A stretch of DNA of 64,000 nt. Source: Tubiluchus corallicola (lineage: Eukaryota > Animalia > Priapulida). This document shows, in pieces, positions 44,132 through 64,000 of this stretch; position 1 is the first letter of the stretch; the number at the start of each line of letters is the position of its first letter. Where the stretch lies: contig JAQGDQ010000122.1 in the NCBI GenBank assembly GCA_030141605.1, positions 434,001 to 498,000 of the forward strand, in the 5' to 3' direction. The notes beneath the pieces were generated by a model. It saw only the letters and a list, made by a program, of their open reading frames with translations. It did no database searches and was not told the DNA's origin. The translations under genes were made by a program, and so were the position numbers.

Positions 44132-44266
44132 CTCTGATACACTATCAGACTGTTCACAATACTCTGATACACTCTAACAGACTGTTCACTATACAGTAAA
44201 GTAGGGCCTGTTTTTAATCTGATTAAAAATCCGCCTTGCACGAAATTAACTGTTCACAATACTCTG
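44132..44266. repeat. ~30-bp tandem repeat (ctctgatacact...cagactgttcac), 2 copies plus a partial third
   Basis: Copies at 44132 and 44162, partial copy at ~44249. Confidence 0.7.
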
Positions 44267-44439
44267 TCACTATGGTGATCACTGCAAGCCAAATGCAATG
44301 TTGCAGTATCACTGACAACGTAAAGCCATGGTCATAATCCGCAAGGGCTAAACAGTAACAAAATCTCTGCTTCCGTAACAGCTTCAAGCTATCCAGCTTT
44401 ACGATTTGAGCGACTGCAGACAGATCAATAGAGGGATCC

Positions 44440-44490
44440 GGGAAACGCCAATCAGCTGGCAGGGATCCACCTCGCAATAGCCAATCAGAC
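44440..44490. promoter_or_regulatory. Two CCAAT boxes in a GC-richer patch; possible HCP promoter region
   Basis: gccaatcag occurs twice (~44447 and ~44480), upstream on the - strand of candidate 5'UTR splice donors at ~44101 (aaa|gtgagt) and 43675 (ctg|gtaagt). Confidence 0.3.
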
Positions 44491-46096
44491 GTTGTAGCTG
44501 GCTCACTGCCAGCACTGCTTTGAATGAATCAGCTGCCTCAAAACTTACACACAAACAGCAGGGTGAACGCGAGTTCAGAATATAAAAATTATCATACTTA
44601 AAATAATGATAAATAAATATAAAAACTTAACGATACCAACTATACTGCGAAAGTGAGATTAAAAATCATTAATTAATTTTAGTCTGACAAAAAAGCCACA
44701 CAAAAGTTTCAGATGAACCAAACATGCAGGAAATTCTACAAAAAACTGAATCTTTTCAAAATTCTGTCTGTTCCAAGACAGTTGGCTTTCTATTTTGTCA
44801 AATTTGAGAATTTGACTTTGTATAAAGAAACAATTTAAAAAATATACTGACTTCAAATTTCTAGACTTCATTGGGGGGTCAAGGTTCAGATAGGGATTTG
44901 CTGCTGCTCGAGGTCGGGGTTCAGAACGCTAACTGAGTTCAAGGTCGAGATATTTCGGGTTCAGCATGAAGTGAACGTGACCCGGATTCGGGTCAGGACC
45001 AAAAATTCAAGACAGGAGTTCCCAACCCCGAATACAATTATCAGTAGCCCGATAAGAAAGTTACAGCAGAATTATTTCATTCTTTCTCTCACTTCCACAG
45101 TTTTAGCTCTGACCAGCTGAGGTAGTTCAAATCGTTTCGATTCGTCTACAAAAGGCTACCCTTCTCTTTTTCCCCGCTTTGCCCTTTTTCTTGCATTCTT
45201 ACTTTGATCATTACACATCTACTATTTTGAATCTAATAGTACAGAATTAGTTTGTAAACTGCACAGCAGAATTCACGTGCCTCTGGAAAAACTGACAGAA
45301 AGAAAAGGTGACTGAATTCCCATGATACTTATACAAAGTCTTCCATTAAAAACCAAATGTCAATTAAAGAAAAAAGTCTACAGTTCTCAATTTCATCATA
45401 AGTACAACAGTGTATTTACAATACATCATAACAGTGAATGATCATCTTGGCTGAAAAACGACATCTTAGAAATACAGCAACATGAATTTAAGAAAAATAT
45501 AGATTGCCTGAGATACAGATTGTTAGAATAATTTGAAATACGCGAAGCATTATAACGTGCCTCCTTATAAGTTTTCAGTTTTCCTAAGTTAATAAACGCT
45601 TCATGTTATAAATTATTTACAGATAAAAATGCTCAAAATTAATGTGGAAACAAATTTCCACTAGTTATTAGTTTAATAAAATTTTAATAGATGGCGAGAC
45701 TTATACTGTAAACAGTGGCAATAATATTATAATAGACACAACATGATAACATCTATTGGCAAGAAACAGGAGGCACTGTAAGTTAGAGATCAACAGACAA
45801 GTAGAAAGTAGTTTAAACTGCAAAATGTTCCAGTAATAGAAAAGAAAAATTCAGAAAAACCGATTTATCACACAGTCTACTTGCAATTTTATAATACATA
45901 TTTGCCTTCTGACATGTAAATATATGTTAAAAACATGTAGGAAAAAATGAGTCATAATATTAAGTTTAAGTCTCGCATAAAAAACGCACTTCAACAATAG
46001 CATTGATGTATTAGTTAAATACATGAGAAAATGTTAGGAAACAATAAAATCAAATTGCAAGGATATCTAATTTTGTTATGTTCTCACACTGCTAGT

Positions 46097-46706
46097 CTGT
46101 GGCGGCTCGTAGCTAAAATTAGTGGGGGTGCTCCTTCAGAAAATTTTTAGCCATTGTTTTACTACTGTGTAAAATGTAACAAACATATGTAATTTTAATG
46201 TTGCAGCTATATTTGAAGATCAGGTATTGAACGGCCTCTTTTTTTCACTGAAACTTTTTCATGGGGAGACAATTGCAAAAAAATAAGCTGTTGTAGTTCA
46301 CTTACAATCACAAAACTTATTTGTTGGGGATGTAAGGCGTCCATTATTAAATAATTTGTTTTAAGCAAACACGCTAAATTTACACTATCATATCCAAGAA
46401 TACGACGGTAGACGGTAAGCACGTGGCAATTGTTACTGTGATACAGACAGTGCTTTTCTACCTAGCAGCAGACGATATCGTACAGCGTGTTAGTTCAGAC
46501 ATGTGCGCATGGCCACATGTGCACAGCAGCCAAACACTGCGTTGCTTGGGCAGGAAAGCAAATTGTACTTCCCTCACATGCTCCAGTTGCTCACAAGTAT
46601 AAAAAAGAGCTAAAGAAAAAAGATCATATATTGAATATTATCGATAATAATGAGTGAAAACAGGGGGTGCTGCAGTACCACAGTACCTATGCACGAGCCG
46701 CCACCA
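46097..46706. mobile_element. hAT-like non-autonomous element
   Basis: TIR cores GTGGCGGCTCGT ... ACGAGCCGCCAC and subterminal GGGGGTGCT at both ends; no TSD recognisable. Confidence 0.6.
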
Positions 46707-47412
46707 CCTTGATACAGTAATTGCTAAACAAGCAGAGTAAAAATTTTACAGCATACATGATCACGGACACTACCTATCCTGCAGTGCAAAAACTCCTAAA
46801 TCTTACACTTGCTAAGTGAAATTACATAAGTTCACAGTCACTTTGCAGCAATGTACGCAATACAGCATTGTCAATCAGACTGTAGTCAGTACATTAAAAC
46901 AACATCTTAAATAATATTTTATACACGGAACACTGGCCGACGAGAACAATATTCAACGAAAATAAAACAGCAAATCTCAATTACACTGAATATTTATATG
47001 GGCTGATATGGGTTTCAACAACTACATAAGTTTATCATCATGACAGATATGCAATTTTTCTGCAATAGCAGTTAAGCTCTACATTTAAGCATTTAGAATG
47101 TACACAATTGCAGGGAACTAAGTACTTCTGTTCTACAAACACATTTCAGTAATGTGAGGCGAGAGTTAACAACAATTCGCCACTACAAGAATCAAAGGAT
47201 TGTTCACGAATCCTACAAATTTACAATAGTTGAAGAAATATAAAGGAATTCCTTACATGCTGTAGTTTCCCAGAAAGTTACCTCATTATTGCCAAATGGT
47301 TGTTGTGCTTTTGTGAATCAGCTAAAACAGCTATTTATTTAAAATGTAACTTTTATAAGGGCAAACTGATGACAACGTATCGCCTACTCGGTACAATGTG
47401 TGTGAAAACACC

Positions 47413-47616
47413 CTAAGGTGGAGTTTACCCAGCATCCGGATGCGTATACATTTTGGGGGTGCGGAATAAATAAAATTGGTTTATATATATTTTCAATGCA
47501 CCCGTTTAAGCTGCCTGCATTTGCGTTACTCTTTTTCTGCAGTTATTTCCTATTGATTTTTTCTCCGCGGCTATTCTGCAAGATGGAAAACCGGATGCTG
47601 GGTAAACACCACTTAG
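47413..47616. mobile_element. MITE with ~27-bp TIRs
   Basis: CTAAGGTGGAGTTTACCCAGCATCCGG ... CCGGATGCTGGGTAAACACCACTTAG; same family as 14522-14733. Confidence 0.8.
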
Positions 47617-49647
47617 CCCTGCAGCTTTCTTTAAAACACTAACCTTTGTAAATGATCAAAAAGCCTAAAAGGCAATACACACTTATCTAGCTACAGTAGC
47701 AACATATAAGCTTAAAAACTAACTACAAATCCAGAAATGAAAATCGGGTTTCAAAAATCTGTATGCAAAATGGCAACGGATCGCATAATCTATTCGTAAT
47801 TATTACAAAGCTGACAAAAACAAATCATAAACTACGAAAAGGAAACCTTCTGAAAGAAATACTAGTTTTTAAAGTTTAAAGCACATAAGCTAACCTGCAT
47901 AAAACAGTAAAATCAGCTGCTATTGCAAAGCAATAATGTGCGCAAAATTACAAGCTAGCCATATTTCTAACAATACAAGTCAAACCAATAATAGCATCAT
48001 TTTTAACATTAAATTAGCTGGTCCCTTCAAAGACTTGTAAAAAATATAGTCCTTTGATAAGACTTCCTGAGACATACTTTTTCAAAGCAGATAAGTCATG
48101 CTTTCAGAGTGTGAATCAAGGATAAAAGGATTGTTGAAACTCACAAAATACGAATTAAGTAATAAAGCAGAAGAAATTATTTCCTTCATTTGATTAGAAC
48201 ATAGGCAAATGAACTCAACTAATTATTACGAAAACATTAAATAAATGTACCAAAACTGATCAAGTTCAAAAATAAAAATTTAAGCAAAGCAATTAAAAAC
48301 AGTAAAATCAAAAAGTAAAAAAATAATTTGGAATAATTAATCTCTTCCTGATTGTCTCGTATAACTTTGATTGTACAGTGAAGCTACTGTCTACCCTGAC
48401 ACAGGCTAAAATCTTACACCTTACACCCATCTATCTCAAATATATATTACATATTAGATAAATAACCAACACTGTATAACATTTCTGTACGGGAAGACTC
48501 GATGTGGATGAAAAGTAATTAAAACTTGCTGATGTATCAGAAATCAGATTAAACCACATGATTAGAAGAAACCCTAATTCAGTCATCAATGCTTTTCACA
48601 AAAAAGCAAAAAATGGTTACTTGGAAGAAACATACCAAAATACCTATGGCAATTACAATTTCTAATATTACCGGGTTTCATGTAAAGCACCCTATGCTAC
48701 GTGACTTAAACACCTAAGTGACCCAACAGCTGACTCTAATATCAGAACATGTGTAGCGTCTATGACTAGCAAAATGCAACAAAATTGTTAGGACAATCAC
48801 AACATACAGTGTCTGTAAATTGCAACAACAATAATGAAAAATATCCAAAAAACATGATATATTTGTACTGCTTAACTACACCATTAAACGCATAAAATCA
48901 TTTGAAGTGTCTACTGATTTATGCGCAAGAGTACCATTGCATTCACGTTGATAGGAAGTCATGCAAATCAAGTTGTCATAACACACAAATTCACGAATTT
49001 TAACTTCAAGTTTAGGTATGAATTTTTGAACTAAGTTTGACTGAAAGAAAGGAAATATTTGAAAATCCCGACAAAGGTCCCATTTGATTCGGGGGACATT
49101 TACACGTGTCGCTGGTTAAAATCTGGCCTAAGTCCCAACTTTGTGGTTAATTTTAATCAGAGTTTAATGACTCCGGGTTGACTGTATTGAATCCATTCCA
49201 ACACTGCTAACATATCATGCCCCAAGATATACTATGAGATGCAAATAACCCAAGCATACAACTCGGAAATGTCTTGTATAACAAAGGTAAAGTTTAGCAA
49301 AAGGAAGCGGGAAATCCGTAAAGGCAATATTGGTGATATAGAAAATCCACTGATTTTGCAAGAACCACAAGCAATTACGTTTGCATAATTATGTTAATAT
49401 TTTGCACTTTAGTAATGCACTAAGATATTTGCACCTTGAAACTTTTGCTTCTTTCTACTTCTAACCCTGTTAGGAAAATATGTAAAAATACTTACGGCAA
49501 ACAGGTACACCGTCTGCCATCTTTTCGTTTCAACAACACAGTGAATTCTCTTCTAGTACCTCTATTACCTAACACATTTAGGCTGTTTGCTGTGAAATTT
49601 AAAATGTTTTCCTAAACTCATTAATTTCAAACAATCACATACTACCA

Positions 49648-60263
<10,616 letters not shown>

Positions 60264-62111
60264 CTGCAAATGAAATGGTAAATAATAGGCTCATAAAAAA
60301 TAACTGTTAAATTTAAACAAACTTTATACTGACACTTTTTTCAGCTTAAAAATGTATATTGATGATAGGATACTCAACCAGTGGTGGTGTAGTGGTTTCA
60401 TTTCACATATGGACTAAGCCAGTAAAAGTGTACCAGCACTTAGACCAAGCTATCATTTTTCCAGCGTATTAATGTCTGATTTTGATGATGTTAATAACAT
60501 AACGTCATATTTAAAGAATATTTTATTGCATCAGGTGTGGTAATTTAAAACACACACCATAAGACTACATAAGTTAGTCTAAAATAGTTTAACGAGTATA
60601 TATATATATATATATATATACATTAAAAGAGAATGTTTAACGCTAATTGGCAAGAATAACAGTCCACGAATTAATTAGATAGGTGCCCACTGGTATAAAG
60701 AAATAGTGTTGGCTGTGGAATCCGTGAATTGCATGTCTTGTCATCGCATGTTGGTTCAGCCTCTTGGGTTCTTTCCATCTTTCCAGTCGAGTCATTGCCG
60801 GCACATTATAGAATGCCAGCTCTATTGAGTGTACCTTATCTTCGACATTTTCTAAATATTTGCAGAATTCTCGAGTCCGAGGTACTTATAAATTTCAATG
60901 CTGAGCCTTTCTATATTACACTTTAATGTCATGCGGAATGTCTCCAATTAATACAAAGCCAAAAACAAGTATTTAGTGATCCCTCCTAGCCTCAAAGCTC
61001 AGCATAAAATACCAGCTACCAATATACAAGCTCCAACAAAAACGAACATTTTTGGCAGTTGCTCCAATAACATTCAAGTAAAATTTCTTTGACATTAATA
61101 AAGATTTTAACCTTCAGAATCATGCTGGCAAAGATAAGAATCTACAGAAACAAACTTTGATCAATGTGATAAACAGAAATGACAACCAAAAGATCAAGCA
61201 CATCTTTGTTTTGATACCTTTTCAGCATCAAAGACAACAGTTTAACATTCAGATTGGATGACCTCAGGTAATGACAGCTCAAGGTCACCTTCAATCTTAT
61301 ACAATTTTAATTGTGCGAAACAAGCTAATGGTTGCCCGCGGCAACAAATGACATTACCTATACCTGTTATTTCGATTATCACATCAATCAAAGCGTCAGG
61401 GCGAAAAAATGACTGAACCGGGATTGATCCAGAGACCTTCATGGCTCATTAACGAATGCAAGTGTTTATATTCTCATGTTACTGACAAATTATATATTTT
61501 TGCATTAACTAAGAGATATCGGTGATCATAAGTGCCTATTTGGCCTAGTGGTTGTGGTACTGGTCATGAGCAATCCAAAGTTTTTCATCAAAATCCAAGC
61601 TCATTCCTGACTTTTTCACTTTTCCTTCCTTTCGGTCAAGTTTGGTTTCAAAAATTTACAAACTGTGGGTCCACTTTATCTCACCCATAAGATATGTCTC
61701 TACAAAATAACGTATTGAAAAAATTTCTCATCATAACTTCTAAAAAGGATCAAGTTATGTTTCTAAATAATACCAGCAAATATTTAAGATATTAGTCAAA
61801 ATATACGGTTTACAATTTAGAATGAACTACTCAGACAATATTTACAGAAATAATAATTTAAAATTTTGTCAGATTTGGTTGGTCTGTGGCTAACCTATGG
61901 ACAAAATAAACTTACTACTATTATTTAAATGGAGTCAGAAACTGGTAGCAAACTACTAAATGCCACAGTAAGTCTAACTAGGTAAATCACACAGAATACA
62001 CGCAGTTTTCCATCAGCAAACTAGCCTCCAGTTAACAATGACTTTACATTGCTTCAAGAACGATCCATTCATCTAAATATACTTCTTGCGCAGTCCCACA
62101 ATCTGGCATAG

Positions 62112-62120
62112 TATATAAAG
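62112..62120 (+). promoter_or_regulatory. Candidate TATA box of the nested GPCR
   Basis: TATATAAAG about 100 nt upstream of the ATG at 62212. Confidence 0.45.
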
Positions 62121-62211
62121 ACAACAAGTCTAAAACTGATGAAACACTTGAAGATCATCAAGAGTCTGTGGGTGAAGATAGTGAACTAACTAAACATTAT
62201 ATGAATTTAAA

Positions 62212-63183
62212 ATGAATTTCACGGTGTCTGAGATGAATGTAACCTTGACAAACACGGTGGCAGATGGAAAAGGTACTTCAATTGCCACCATCATTTACAT
62301 GATCGTGTTTTTAACAACAGTAATCATTATGGCAGGACTGAATACTTTTGTCGCTGTGGCTGTTATATCTGTGGAATCGATACGGACCGGGGCAAATCTT
62401 CTTTTAGCAAGCATGGCAGCAGCTGGAGGTATTTTTGATATTGTCGTTACGACACAAACTATTCGGGGTCAAATCCTTCTGAATTACTCAACAGAGCTTT
62501 GTGCTCTTACGGTGTTCGTCAGTTACTGTGTATTCCTACACATTATCGTAACTGACGCTTGGATAACAATCGATCGCTTCATTGCCATTGTCTATCCTCT
62601 CCATTACCCACAAATCTGCACAAACAAGCGTTTTACCATACTTATTGCTTCTACATGGATATATTGCATTATTGCAGGATTCATGGCTACGATACGCCTG
62701 ATGACGGAAGAACCACCTGCAGAAATCCCAAAATGCATGATTAGCAAGTACGTTACTCCTTGGTTTGGCTATTTCTTCCGACTGCAGTTCGTTGCCTCCG
62801 TAATAGTTATGATATTTGTTTATGTGACAATAGCCAAGATTGTTTTACAGCACAAACGAATGATAGTACCCACTGGACAAGAGACGTATCTGAGCATAAA
62901 GGAGAGACTGAAAATATCAGCACCGATGTTCATGCTCACGATAGGAAACGTGTTACTTATGGGCCCAAAGTTCCTGTTTACTACTCTAATGCAGGCCGGC
63001 ATCGTAAAACGCAAAGGAGCAGAAATAAGCATGTGGAGACGCATCACTCACGTTACAATTACCATATGCATGATTGCAACAGTTGCCACATACTTCTGGA
63101 AGATAAAAGAGTTACGCAATTTACTAAGGCGAATATTTTGCAGAAAAAATCGTGTTAGCAACCAACGCTTTGTCCAAAATTAA
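62212..63183 (+). CDS. Intronless divergent class A (rhodopsin-like) GPCR, 323 aa, orphan
   Basis: Seven hydrophobic segments; N-terminal N-glycosylation sequons (NFT, NVT); TM1 Asn; TM3 Cys and ITIDRFIAIVYPLHY (DRY-like); TM4 Trp; ECL2 Cys; helix 8 KELRNLLRRIFC. Confidence 0.9.
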   Translation: MNFTVSEMNVTLTNTVADGKGTSIATIIYMIVFLTTVIIMAGLNTFVAVAVISVESIRTGANLLLASMAAAGGIFDIVVTTQTIRGQILLNYSTELCALTVFVSYCVFLHIIVTDAWITIDRFIAIVYPLHYPQICTNKRFTILIASTWIYCIIAGFMATIRLMTEEPPAEIPKCMISKYVTPWFGYFFRLQFVASVIVMIFVYVTIAKIVLQHKRMIVPTGQETYLSIKERLKISAPMFMLTIGNVLLMGPKFLFTTLMQAGIVKRKGAEISMWRRITHVTITICMIATVATYFWKIKELRNLLRRIFCRKNRVSNQRFVQN

Positions 63184-64000
63184 TTGCTCTAACTTTGAAA
63201 GAAAATTATTATCTTGTGTTAGCCAGTTATGGCCAATAATTATTTAACAATGATAGGGCTGCTTTTAATTATTGTTTTTGTTTTTGGCTTTCAGTGTTTA
63301 AATGTTAATAGTTTTAAAGTAACTTTCAGTAAATGTGGCACACTTTATACGATTAACACTCTATTCATTCCCAAGTGAGCAAATGCTCCACAATAAGCAA
63401 TCTGACGAACATGTATTCTATAAATCTAGCCAAGCTGACAATACACGCTACAATTTCTTACACACTAATTCTGCTATTAATTATACATCCGTTGGCAATC
63501 TATATGGGTAAATGTGTCTATTGTATTTAGTGTAGTACCATAGTTTTTATTTTGATCACAACTTGTGTGTAATTGTCTTCGACTATAAGTTTGGTATATG
63601 TTCTGATATTCTAGCTGTTAAATTTTCCTTATAGTTTTAGATTGTTGAGTATTAATTTAATTGAATGTTTAGTAAATTTTGCTGAATTGTTTAAAAGGTA
63701 GCAGAAGTGAATAAAACAATACAAGGCTTGAAAGACGAAAGAGTAAAATAGCTGTGCAAGTGTGTACCGAAAGTTAGAATCCGTACCATTCAACATCGAC
63801 AAGATTGCTGTAAGGAGCAACTCCTAGAATTTGGGTTCATAAAGTGAATCTGAAGAAAGTTTCAACAAAACTGGATTACTAATCTAATTGGTTATTAATT
63901 ACTCTAGCATGAAATACTAATAAATGGAATTGTTAAATTGATTAGTGAGTCACTAGAAATGAAAAATACCTTACATGATCACAGTTGATTGTGTGCAGTG

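Noticed and set aside
60660-60930. Possible LINE RT remnant on the minus strand (IYKYLG)
   Set aside because: A single short motif with no extendable frame; not enough support.

Overview
AT-rich, intron-containing eukaryotic nuclear DNA, most likely from an invertebrate animal (a protostome is inferred from the PMCA C-terminal exon layout). It holds four protein-coding genes. (1) The 3' part of a plasma-membrane Ca2+-ATPase (PMCA/ATP2B, + strand, 2066-25780), with two alternative terminal exons and a cassette exon in the calmodulin-binding domain. (2) A complete hybrid cluster protein gene (HCP/prismane/'hydroxylamine reductase', - strand, 41341-31563; 11 coding exons, ~633 aa) that keeps all Fe-S ligands and has a mitochondrial-presequence-like N-terminal exon. 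This is the standout finding, because the enzyme is known mainly from anaerobic prokaryotes and microbial eukaryotes. (3) The 3' ten exons of an SLC23/NAT nucleobase-ascorbate transporter (- strand, 60263-49648) with an atypical signature motif. (4) An intronless, divergent class-A GPCR (+ strand, 62212-63183) nested antisense in an SLC23 intron. Introns and intergenic DNA contain many non-autonomous DNA transposons, SINE and LINE remnants, microsatellites and a ~400-bp near-perfect foldback inside an HCP intron. Exon boundaries were read by eye from GT-AG sites and frame continuity; no database search was run.
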